This document shows, piece after piece, positions 38,862-51,024 of a stretch of DNA of 64,000 nt. The translations under genes and the position numbers were made by a program. This DNA is from Octopus bimaculoides (lineage: Eukaryota): positions 14,543,094 to 14,607,093 of the forward strand of contig NC_068983.1 in the NCBI RefSeq assembly GCF_001194135.2, read 5' to 3'. How positions within the stretch are numbered: the stretch's first letter is position 1; each line of letters starts with the position of its first letter. The notes under the pieces are model-generated. The model was not told the DNA's origin, did no database searches, and was given only the letters and a program-made list of their open reading frames with translations.

Positions 38862-39363
38862 TATCTTTGCCTCCAGTCTAACTTTTCACATTGTTCCTAG
38901 CAAAGAAATTTATAGATTTCGGGACCATACTGATTAATTACTTCTTTAAAACACTCTCAATAATGCCTTGTTCACAATTTTCGTCCAAACATAGACAATC
39001 TCTCTTCCTTCATTCAAACCTGAGTACAATTATCTCCCTGTATTGTAACTCTCTTTAACTATACCATTATCTACTGCTAACTCATAGTAACTTTAATGAT
39101 AAATTTTCAGATTTTCGATAAATTGACAATGAATCATTTGACGTTAGTGTTTCCCGTGGGTCTCATCTAGCATACACTGGTTTATACAAACAGCAATGCA
39201 GTGAATATGTAATTAAATCAGTTACATGTGTACACTAATTGTCTATTTCCAGAAACACTGAGAAATTGAAATCATCTGAAACTTTGCCTTGTTTTGTTAG
39301 ATCCCTTTCATGCTTCATTTGGCTTTTTAATCTTGGCATTTGTATACTCAGCTACTCACTCAC

Positions 39364-39407
39364 AAACACGCTGGGAAATATTGGCAGGGAATTGGCAGTC
39401 TGGCATC
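39364..39407 (-). other. Candidate spliced micro-exon (44 bp)
   Basis: Acceptor ttgcatttttcag, donor TTT|gtgagt; all three frames open. Confidence 0.3.
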
Positions 39408-40589
39408 CTGAAAAATGCAATTAACCGTCTATAACAGCGGTCCTCCGCCATTTTTACCTATGGACACCCTTTGATTCTTATTTTGCTCGGTTACATCCTC
39501 ACTTAAAAAAAAAATCCTATTATGTTTTTTATAATGAAATATTATTAGGAATAGTAAAAAAAATGTCAAAATATTTTAGTTACTGAAGAATTATTACAGG
39601 TTTATTGCACAAGTTTTAGCAAAAAAATCTATTGTGGACCACTAGGGTGATAAAGACACCCTGTTGGTACAACTGGGCTACAGCTTCTGATTTTATGTTC
39701 AATGCAACTCTGTACTAACCATTTGTTTACTATGTCATGCAATACCAGAAATATCCATGATATTATTCTCACCGTCCTTGTCAGTTTTGTCCGTGTGTTA
39801 CGTTTATGCCGTGGGAAGAAATGACTCGAATGGAGGAAGATAGAAGAGGGAGAGGAGGAAACAATGAGAGCAACGGAAATAGTGGAATCAATGAAAAAAA
39901 TAGAGAAAAAATACGATTGAGCGTGAGAGAGAAGGAGGAGATATTCATTATTCAACATTTACGTGTTGAAATTGCAGGCAGAGACGAAACGTTTAAAATA
40001 ATGAAATAATATCACGAAGATCTATAAATTAAAAGATATATCTATAGGTAGATAAATTAAAGTGAAATGACCTTAGCAAATAGCTGTGGAAGTTACACTG
40101 TTATCTTTTGCGTGTTCCAGAACAAAGGAAGAGGTCATGCTGGGTCATGCACCAGCTATATACTTTTTTTGTATTAGGTTTAAATGTTAAATGGTGTTAT
40201 GAGAATAGACAGGTACAGACATCAGTAGGATGGAAATTAAACATAGTTAATTAAACAAAGAGACCAACAGATATGCATCAGACAAATAGATAGATGCGTA
40301 AGTGAGCCTACATTATAAAAAGGTATGCAGGTAGATAGAAATATTAATAGATACATAAATAGATAGGCACCTGAACTGAAATGAAATGAAAATAGTCTCA
40401 AATTGCAAATAACTTAAACTGAGCCTTGGTAGGGATTAAAAAACGAAAATTATAGCTATATATATATATATATACATGAATAAGTGCTTATGTTTTTAAT
40501 TAATCTTTTATTGCATTAAACTATAAAACACATCACATCTGTCAAACATATTGGTTTCAAATTCGGACAAGACGCCAACATTTGCGGAG

Positions 40590-40772
40590 GTGGGGCTACG
40601 TCGTGGATTACAGTGACAATCAGTGCTTAACTGGTGCTTATTTTATCGACCTGGAAAGGATCAAAGGCAAAGTCGATCTCGGCGGAATGTAAACTCAGAA
40701 GATAAATACGGACGATATGTCACGAAGCATTTAGCCCGGTATGCAAACGATTCTGCCAACTCGTCGCCTTAA
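40590..40772 (-). mobile_element. Family A SINE, diverged
   Basis: ctggtgcttattttatcgacctggaaaggatcaaaggcaaagtcg...acgattctgccaactcgtcgcc. Confidence 0.8.
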
Positions 40773-41764
40773 ATATCAGCCAAGCATATTAAAGCAAGAT
40801 AAATAAGGAAAATCTTCTAAATTCATACTGATTATATTTAAAAGCACAATTTTAATTACATGGCAGAGTCGCAAAAGAGTTTTATTGAAATTCCATGCTG
40901 TTGTTTAATATACTTACATTGTTTTCAAACATGCTAACGTACACCGTGGTATTTCCTTTAAGAACGACACTTCATGTACCAACTGAAATATTAGCTTGCC
41001 ATTTTCTCCTTGCTCAAATTATTACTTGCAATCAAAAACATTATTCCATTAGGATTAATACTACGTTTTTGTATGAGAACACTCAGTGGTTCTCATGAAG
41101 AATATGTGGTATTTTGGTAAAACCTTTACCAGCCACCAGTGGGTGAGACAACAGGAAATCTCTGCATGGTTTTTCAACTTAATAGAAAGTGCAGCAAAAT
41201 TGGTCTCAAACCACAACCTACCAACTTTAAAAATAGATTAGAAAAAGGTCTAACATTAGAAAAATGGTCGTAGATACGATGATAGTTTTGATAGCGAAGC
41301 GGATTGCTGGATGTCCTTAAATAATATGTTGGTAACCGATCAAAATTGATCTGGGGAAACAATAACAACAGCAGCAACGTCGATACAGGACACAAGCCAA
41401 CTTTTACTAATTCATGAAGTCTCTTGGAAAATCTTAACACTAATTATAGTCTTGAACACTTTTGTGTTTATAATTTTCTCAGCTATTTTGTCTTTCTTTG
41501 ACATTGCTGGTGCTTTGAGTTTCTCTTCCCGTTCCTAGACATATCCCATGTAATTTATTTATGTTTGATCTCATATTGCTTAACTGTTTGCAAACTATCA
41601 TCCTAGAGAACCGACAACTTTCATCATTATTATACAAATATTTGTGCTTCACTTTCCTAACTTTACCTTTTCCATTTTTAACGAAAATTTTCCCTCAATA
41701 TTCATAACTTATGCAGATCGTTCTTGTTTCTTTCATATTAGCTTCAAATTTTAACAGAAAGCCG

Positions 41765-41955
41765 GAAATTTCTACGGAGAAGGTAAGTCGATTTCATCGA
41801 TCCCCTAGGACTCGACTGCTACTTATTTTATAGACCCCTGAAAGGGATGAAAGGCAAACTAAATCTCGGAGGAATTTGAACTCAGAACGAAAATACCGAC
41901 GAAATGATGCAAAGCATTTTAACCAGTGTGCGGAAGATTGTAGCAAGCTCACCGA
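41765..41955 (-). mobile_element. Family A SINE, diverged
   Basis: gtcgatttcatcgatccc...gatgaaaggcaaac...gaatttgaactcagaac. Confidence 0.75.
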
Positions 41956-43349
41956 TCTCTTGTTCCTTTCATATTATTTCATTGTTAATAGATCCAAATC
42001 TTAAGCATCTAAAAAAGTTTGATTTCTTTTAGAGATTTCTAGTAATCTATTTCAAAGTCTATTTTATTTTCTCTTCTGTTAATCAGTTATCTTCAATCTT
42101 TCATTTTATCCCTTTCATTTATATTCTCAACAATTACAAACGCTACGATAATTATTCCCTTTTCTGTCTATATTTATTACTCTAGCTACTGATTTTCCTA
42201 TTGCATAAACTAAATCAGTTATAGCCCTCGCATTGTCTAATTTTCTTAGATGGTATTGTAACAACTAGGGTTGATTCTAGGGTACATTAAGATTACTAGC
42301 CGTAATCTTACTGCGTTGAAAAATGTTAATGGGAGTTGAATCCATCCCACTCATTAGTAGTAATTAACGAAAGCTACAATAATAATAACTAATGAAGTGA
42401 TGCATTTGGGCCGAGCCTAATCGACAAATCGATCGCTTTATACAATACACATTAACAGGAAACATGAGATAATTAAGCCTTAACCATTGGTGGCATGAAT
42501 GCTAAAAGCAATTTGATTTGGTTGGTAAACATAACTTCAGAATTAATTGGATGGTAAATTGGCAAGGACTACTTCCACTTTTTCATGTAATAAGACGATT
42601 CCATCATAGAAGTTGGACATTAGCAATTCGTCTTTCCTCCACCATTTTTGTTCTTCTTCTCATACTTCGTATTCCTTTACTTCAAGGAATTCTGTTTATC
42701 ACAAGCGTCGACCTCAATCTTATTACTTCCTTTCGCCTCAGGATCTTAAGCATTCGATGGATCATAGGTACCGCACCTCTTCAGATTATGCTGCCAAGCA
42801 CTAACACTCAAAATAATGTTTGCTGTGGAAATATTCTTCTGGTGATATTTCTATATCGTAGACTTATGGGCTATGAATTTTAAGATAAAGAGCGTCGGAC
42901 AAGCGTTCTTTTTTGCATTTCGGTCTCAAATAACTCTGTTTACTAATTAAACATTCAGCCTACAAAATTGTTAGAAATAGCGTTTTATTTATTCATCTTT
43001 TTCAATAATCTACCGGAAATGTGTACACCACGGTTTGAAAACTGGTATAGTTTTGTTTATATTTTCATAACCTAGCGGTTCAGGAAAGTGTCCGATAGAA
43101 TAAGAGCCAAATTTATAAAATAAGTACTAATCTTTACTTTTTCGACTAAACATTTCAAGTCGCAGTCTATTAACTGAAACAAGTAAAAACTAACACCTAA
43201 ATCTGTTCAACACAGGTCGAATTTGACCCAGGGTTAAAAAATAACAAAATCATATTTTACCTGTTCAATGAGAGTATATGCACATTGCTCATCTACCTGT
43301 TAGAAAAAGCAGCTCCAGTCTCTCTCAAATTATATCACATTGTTTATCG

Positions 43350-43566
43350 TTCAACTTTTACTTGCTACAGTCATTGGATTGTGGCCACACTGGGCTTCTG
43401 TCTTGGAGTGTTTCATCTAATAAATCGAGCCCAGTACATATTTTTTAAAAGTCTGGTACATAATCTATCGTTTCCTTTTGTCGACCAGCTACTTTACGGG
43501 GAAGTAAACAAACTAAAACCGTTTGTTAGGCAGTGGGGAGACTAACACACACACACAGAGGCACAG

Positions 43567-43597
<31 letters not shown>

Positions 43598-43874
43598 NNN
43601 NNNNNNNNNNNNNNNNNNNNNNNNNNNNNNNNNNNNNNNNNNNNNNNNNNNNNNNNNNNNNNNNNNNNNNNNNNNNNNNNNNNNNNNNNNNNNNNNNNNN
43701 NNNNNNNNNNNNNNNNNNNNNNNNNNNNNNNNNNNNNNNNNNNNNNNNNNNNNNNNNNNNNNNNNNNNNNNNNNNNNNNNNNNNNNNNNNNNNNNNNNNN
43801 NNNNNNNNNNNNNNNNNNNNNNNNNNNNNNNNNNNNNNNNNNNNNNNNNNNNNNNNNNNNNNNNNNNNNNNNNN

Positions 43875-43958
<84 letters not shown>

Positions 43959-44100
43959 TGGGCTTCTACCCAGATTTTGTCTAACAGATTCATTCACAAG
44001 TCATTAAGCAGTTCAGAGTTAAAGTGGAAGCCATTTGCCATTTGCTTAGGGTATAACGCAGTGGCACTGAACTAGAAATCACATGGTTGAAGAGTGAATT
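43350..44100 (-). mobile_element. Family C SINE, diverged, with an assembly gap in its internal microsatellite
   Basis: cagtcattggattgtggccacactgg 3' end, then gap 43598-43874, then acagtgggcttctaccc...cgcagtggcactgaac head. Confidence 0.75.
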
Positions 44101-44408
44101 TTTTAAAATATCACAGCAAAAAACAGTGGGCGCACTTGAACCATATACTCTCTGGTCAAGGCTTGGGTGTGTTTTATTATATACTATAGAATCATGACTC
44201 GTCAAGGGGAAAACAACTAGAAACTGGTTGTGTAGTGTGAAGCATGCTTCCCAACCACAAGGTTCCGGGTGTAGTCCCACTGCGTAGTACCTTGGGGAAG
44301 TGTCTTCTATTATAACCGCTGGTCGACCAATACACACACACACGCACACACACGCACGTACATTACACACGCACATACATTACACACGCACATTCATGTA
44401 TATACAAA

Positions 44409-44582
44409 CGAGAGGATGCTGCAAAGTTCGTGGTTTTAAGGGTATCGCGAAACGCCTTGCTCGATACTCAACCTTCCGAGTTCTTTTACAGGGCTTAGAA
44501 AATCTAAAGGACCACTGCAATAAGTAATGTGTTGAATAAAATCATAATTAACTGAACTCGAGAACTTTTCAGCACCCTGTTG
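44409..44582 (+). mobile_element. Mariner-derived MITE, about 175 bp
   Basis: Imperfect TIRs cgagaggatgctgcaaagttc / gaacttttcagcaccctgttg; interior encodes a mariner-like C-terminus GLENLKDHCNK. Confidence 0.7.
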
Positions 44583-44746
44583 TGTGCGTGTATGTGTGTG
44601 AGTGTGTGTATACGCGCGTGTGTGTGTGCATGTGTGTATGTGTTTATGCGTGTGTGGGTGTGTGGGTGTACTTTAATTACTAGAAATTTCATCTTTAGTG
44701 CAGCATTATTCAAATGAATTTTTACATGTGTTCTCTCAATTAAATA

Positions 44747-45131
44747 CTGTAAATCCTCGAGTATAATCCGCACTTTTTGCCCAAAATTTAAAGGTCAAAA
44801 TTTATGGCGCGTACTATATACGAGGTTAAAAATTTTCTAAGTGATAAATATGTAAAGGCAATTTACTTAATATTTAGTTATTACTGTTATTTCTTTATTT
44901 TCTGCAAAGTGCACAAAAAAGCTACACGTCTGCATTATGTTATATATACAATAATAATAAAGGACATTACCGTATATACATTTACAAACCAAGGACGTTA
45001 TATAAACCTCCTTGATTCAAGTTAGAGAGGGGTGCGTAATATACACAAGGTTTAGGTTTTTCAGAGTTACAGCCACCTAAAAATCCTTTGCGTATTATAC
45101 TCAAGGGCGGACTATACTCGAGGATTTACGG
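44747..45131. mobile_element. Tc1/mariner-superfamily (Tc2/pogo-like) MITE, 385 bp, TA TSD
   Basis: TA|ctgtaaatcctcgagtataatccgc ... gcggactatactcgaggatttacgg|TA; subterminal gcgta(c/a/t)tata repeats. Confidence 0.9.
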
Positions 45132-45566
45132 TATATTATTTAAGCCTTCTTTAACTGGAGCAGTGTGATATTACCAGAGAAGGAAGCCGTTTTGCGTATT
45201 TATGCCTACACACAATCGCACGTACCTCCGTCACGGAGAACAGCCAATAACGTTAGTATTATATATTTAAATTTTCGCACTCCATTGTTCGATTAAAATA
45301 ACCAAGAAAAATTCGTTGCGTGCACTGAGAAGCTGACATGTCCCTCTGTGCTTGCACAATGAAAAATGGACATCATGCTGCTACAGGACACTTGAATAAA
45401 ATCTATTCGTGAAAAGATATTTCCTAGAACCTTATGTATCTAAAGAATACTGTACTCAACACGGAAATTAAAGGTACGGAATGTGTTTTTATTTTCTATA
45501 TTATAATAAATAAATTCACTACATTGAGTCCTCATATATTTATTGGCCAACCATTTTCTGTCACCT

Positions 45567-46718
45567 TAATATATTTAAATCATACCATCATGCATATGTT
45601 ACGCTTCAGGACACTGAGTAAATGACTAAACTTAAATTATTAATTGGTGGATTAATTTTTTATAGGGGTAACAAGGTGTATATGTAGTTAAAAACTTAAA
45701 ATAAAAACTTTACGATAACGGGATACGCCATTAGATCTAGAAAAAGATAGTGCCATAACGTTTAGCAGTAATCATAATAGTTCTTAAGATTATGTTATTA
45801 GTACTAATTAATAGTTTATCTTAATAGAATGGCCACCTATTAACTACAATTATTTATTTACTGATATGCTGTAGAGACCAACCACCTATTGCCCGTAATT
45901 TGATTGACCAAAGTTCAGCTTTCGATATAATTGGTCCGTTAAATTTAAAAACAAAGAGCAAGCTATTAAGACCGTTACACACGTAGATGTAAATAAATAA
46001 ATAATAAAGGTATGGAGAAGTAGTATATGTTGTAAGTGGCCCTAAACCACTTAGGATATTGTAAATAAAAACAAACATGTAAACAAGCACCATGCGAAGA
46101 AAATGAACAACACCTGTAGTGTTATTAAAACCTAGAGAAGTACCCATTTGGAACATTGTAAGTTAAGGCGGTTGGGGAGGGGGAATGATTGGACAAATGC
46201 TTTATAAATAGGGGTGAGAAATTAGTAGACAAAGAAAGGAAATTAATTATCAGGTAAGGGTAGATGGAGGGAGATAAAGGCGGAACTACGGTTAAGGGAA
46301 GGTAATGGCTAGGGCAGTGACCGACATTTAGGGAATTATAAATTTAACTGACCAATTATATCGAAAGCTGGACTTTAGTCAATCACATTATGGACAATAG
46401 GTGGTTGATCGCTACAGCATAACAGTAAATAAGTAATTGTAATTAATTGATGGGCATTTTATTAGGATAAACTATTAATTAGTACTATTAACATAATCTT
46501 AAGAACAATTATGAATGCTTCTAAACGTTATAGCACTATATTTTCCTTGATCTATTGGTGTATCCTGTTATAGTAAAGTCTTTATTTTACTTTTTTACTA
46601 CTGATACACCCTGTTACTTGTATAAAAAATTAACCCACCAATTAATATTTTAAGTTTAGTCACTTACTCAGCGTCCTGAAGTGTATCATATGCATAATGG
46701 TATGATTTAAATATATTA
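45567..46718. mobile_element. Foldback element: about 380-bp inverted arms (45567-45947, 46339-46718) around a 391-bp spacer
   Basis: Left arm taatatatttaaatcataccatcatgcatatg...ttggtccgttaaattta aligns base by base (roughly 85% by eye) with the reverse complement of the right arm; termini are symmetric and TA-bounded. Confidence 0.9.
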
Positions 46719-46722
46719 TGCC

Positions 46723-46863
46723 CTTCTTCTTCTTCTTCTTCTTCTTCTTCTTCTTCTTCTTCTTTTTCTTTTTCTTCTTCTTCTTCTTCTTCTTCTTCTT
46801 CTTCTTCTTCTTCTTCTTCTTCTTCTTCTTCTTCTTCTTCTTCTTCTTCTTCTTCTTCTTCTT
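46723..46863. repeat. (TTC/GAA)n, about 47 units with short interruptions
   Basis: Directly visible; source of the poly-E/R/F ORFs. Confidence 0.98.
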
Positions 46864-47099
46864 CTCTTTTCTTGTCTTTTATGTATTTTTCTACACTCTG
46901 AAGATGCTCCATGTTCCAGATCGAATACGTTACAAAATATGTTGAATATTATTTTCAGAAGTTTCAATGGCAGCACCGTGGAGCATTGGAAAGAGAAACG
47001 GCTGTTAGATTTTGTATAAGGTCTATTTGTATTAAAAAATAATAATCGATGTTAGTCAAATGTTGTTGATCGATATTTCTCCATTTTCTTTATACTTTA

Positions 47100-47606
47100 A
47101 ATTTATATATGCAGTATGGATTTTTTTCAGTGAACAGCTCGCGGTCTCAAAGCGACGAAAATATTTTGGCAAATTAAATTTAAACGTTAAAGTGAACCTA
47201 ACGGTGTTTGTGTGTTTCTTAGATGACTTATACACACCTCCCACGCTGCAATTGTTTTCGTTGCAGCACACGATCTCAGATCAAGTCACTTGCTAGGCAA
47301 GTACATCTCCGTAATACATATATTTATATATTTATATATTTGATCCTTTATATTGAACACTCAATATTTCATCTACATTCAATACTTTATTTCATGGTGC
47401 CATCCATTTTTATTTTATTTTATATTATATATTGTATATTATATTATATATTGTATATTCCATATTCTATACCCCGCATTAGTTCTGCAGGAATATAAAT
47501 AAAACATAAAAAACAGACAGTGTTGGAACTCTTTTAAGCAAAATAATATATTCCTCTATACACAATCATACAAAAAAATCCACCTTTTTTTGTATTTATT
47601 TTTACT

Positions 47607-47610
<4 letters not shown>
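47100..47610 (+). mobile_element. Composite repeat: 210-bp structured hammerhead-bearing module plus 290-bp AT-rich module, ending in (AT)n
   Basis: 47100-47315 matches 21657-21870 (inverted); 47325-47610 matches 4155-4457. Confidence 0.85.
47123..47173 (+). ncRNA. Candidate minimal type-I hammerhead ribozyme, G3:C8 core variant
   Basis: UUUUUCA-GUGAACA-G-CUCGC-ggucucaaa-GCGAC-GAA-AAUAUU-U-UGGCAAA; one stem II substitution relative to the 21.8-kb copy. Confidence 0.5.
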
Positions 47611-47673
<63 letters not shown>

Positions 47674-48126
47674 TGTATGTATGTATGTATATATATATAC
47701 ATACATACACCATACTTGGATATATGCATATATAAAGACCGAGATACAAAGATGGGCAGATATAGTGGGAAGGTATGAATGTGTGAGTGAATGAATGAGC
47801 GTGCGTGTGTGTGCGGGTGTACGCCTGTATGTATGTGTGTGTCAAAGAGAGCCTTGTTTTATTGATGTTATCATCGCGTTTCGAGAGAAAGTAAGCGTAT
47901 ACCTAGTGGCAGTTGCGACCGCCTCTGAATGAGAACGCAAAATAATATCGAGGAATCAACAATCTTCTAGAATTTGTTTAAAATTGGCATGCTACTAAGA
48001 AAATGATTTTGTTTTACTCTCAAATAAACGGGGAGCTGTGAACATGAATGCTCGACTGAAAACTGAATAGGTGTAATCTGTCAGTGAGTGTTAACACAAA
48101 TACTGAGGCAGGCATATACAAAAAGA

Positions 48127-48173
<47 letters not shown>

Positions 48174-49987
48174 TGTGTATATATAATATATAAATGTATG
48201 TATATATAGATAAAGAAAGAGAGAGGGAGAGAGGAAAGAATAAGAAGGGAGAGAGAAAGAGAGAGTGACAATGAAAGATTATACACACGCATATATATAA
48301 ATACATATATTGCATGTATATGTGTATATATATATATATGTGTGTGCGTGTGTCTATGCGCAGTTTCTCTCTACTAAAATTGCACGTAAAAGACATTGTT
48401 TGATTTGTAGTTACAAGGTTATTGCGCTATGTAGGATGGAAAACGGAAGCACATGATTGCGAAGCGAACTTCTTGAGCAAACAGCCATGTCTGCGTCTAT
48501 GGTGGGAATTAAAATATCTCGGTCTACGACCGACCGCTTGATATGAACAGCCGACATAAAGGAGGTTGTCTGTTATGCTTTTTGAATTCGTTCATCTTCA
48601 GTCATTTGTTGGTATGTACGGATATGATAGTATGTATTCGGTGTATGTATGCATACGTGTGTTTGGAACGGAAGCAGCAAACTAAATAGACATTAAGAAA
48701 ATGAAAAGAAAGGAAAGAACAAATTAAGAAAGATTTGGCCAACACAACGTAGAAAACACATGAGAAATGATGAAATGTATACTGCTATGTTGTATGGTTC
48801 GATCTAAAAATACCAGTTAACATTTTTAATGGAAGATATTCGTTTGAAGTTTGACGAAGATTCCGGTAAACTAACCGCCATGAAGCATTACATTCTATTA
48901 TGGACGGGCCAATACCCATACGTTACTTGTTGCATTCCAGACGTTCAGCAATAGAAATAGTAACTATATCGCCCTGATAAAGTGTAAGTAAAAAAGCAGA
49001 AAAAAAAAAGAAATTAAGGGGAAATAACTCAATGGTATGGATTTTGATTGCTAATATTTCTAAACTGCTAAGAGGAGATAATTTTCTATGAGTTATAGGG
49101 GCAAATCTGAGTTTGTTTGCAATCGCATATTTTTATAGAACACGTAAATCTTGGGACCAAGGTACCTTGTACCATTAGTATGCTAGATCAGGGATAAACA
49201 ACGACAGCAAGTTACATGGTCTACCTAAAGCTCAAAATGTATCATAAGAAATATATGCGTATACTGTCTTATTCTCACCTAGTCCCACATCAATCTTGAT
49301 GGAGTAAACCTACAATCTCTACGGTCATCACATATTACTTTTTAATCAGTGTGTCCAGAGAAATTAGCCTATTTCCTACACATGATTCAACATCGAAAAG
49401 TCCCAGACAACTGATACTTATTTTATCGATTCAAGAAGAATGGAATCTGAAGTCAAGCTTCGCAGTATTTGAACTCAGAACTTTATGACAATGCAAAGCG
49501 TTTTGTTTGACGCTCTAGCAACTCTGTCAATCCGACCCTCATACAAGAACATACTAACTATAATATAACAGCATTACTTAAAACTGAAACTGATTTGAGT
49601 GAAACATATTTGGATATTGTCGGTCTATCTAGACCTCAAGATATAAAAAAAATAACCGTGATGGTCACGGATAACAGGTCGTTGATCATGTAACGTTGTA
49701 TTATGAAAGTCAAAACACTTTTATTGGTTTTATTAAGCAAAATGAATCAATAATGTCAAAATATTATTGTCTGCTGCCATATTGGATATTTGAAATATAT
49801 ATCTGTTGGTATGTATATGTCTGTGTATGAGGTTATGTACGATGTATGTAGATAGGCTTGTATGTGTATATGCACTTATGTGTGCATCATGTATATATAT
49901 CTGTATGTTTGAATATATATGTATATATGTGTGTGTATGCATGCATACACTCACACATACACACACATATATACACAGACACACACA

Positions 49988-50023
<36 letters not shown>

Positions 50024-50033
50024 NNNNNNNNNN

Positions 50034-50075
<42 letters not shown>

Positions 50076-50691
50076 CATATATCTGTCTGGTTATGTATAT
50101 TTAAACATCTGTATGTTTCTGTGTGTGGAAGCCGGAGAGTGTGAATGAACATTGTGAATGAACATGTGTATATGTATATAGATGCATTTCACGGTGTATT
50201 TGTTTAATGAGGTTTTGTGTACCTGCAAGACTGCTAGCATTTATAGTTATGTATATGTGTTCGTACACAAATGCATATGAGTGTGCGCGTATGTGTACGT
50301 TTGTGTGCGTAGCGCGTTTATGTGTGTGTACAGGTGTGTGCCTGATATGCTTAGATTACATAAATGATCGTTTTGTATGTAGAAATATAAGTGTATCTCT
50401 TGTTAGCTGGGTGTTGTAGTTGCTATGCTTTAGGCATAAATCAGTCGCTATCAAATAGACCAAAACATCAAAGGCATTCCACACATGACCACTCCTACTT
50501 AGGTGTATGCACGACTAAATTATCCTATTAGTAATTTGTGCAAGAAACTAGATTATTGTTTGAATTAAATCTGGCTGCTATATCTAGCAGTTCGAAGCGC
50601 TCATTCGAGTATGAACATGTCGTATTTAGACTGCGCGAGAGTACATGTATGCGTATATGCATGTATATACTCGGTACATGTTGTATGTGCT

Positions 50692-50728
<37 letters not shown>

Positions 50729-51024
50729 GTGTGTGTCTGTGTGTGTGAGAGAGAGCCAGCGAGAGAGAGATAGGAAGACCGTGTATATTAGTAGAATTTC
50801 CGTTGTACATATATACGTAAATACACATGCAGTCATATGTATGAATATATACTGATATGCATACAGATGCATACCTGTATACGTGTGTTTGTGGATATAG
50901 TACACACATCTACACGGAAGCGCACATACACACTACAAACACGCGCACAGACACACACACACTCACACAAATACACACAAAAACACAAACACGTACGCGC
51001 ACAAACGCACACATACAAACATAT

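Noticed and set aside
46891-46935. CUGAAGA...GAUC-GAA-UACGUU, a canonical-core hammerhead look-alike
   Set aside because: Stem II is mismatched, A15.1 is replaced by U and no stem I partner exists; at most a dead Penelope-type remnant
46664-46976. Poly-Glu, poly-Arg and poly-Phe ORFs
   Set aside because: Translations of the (TTC)n microsatellite
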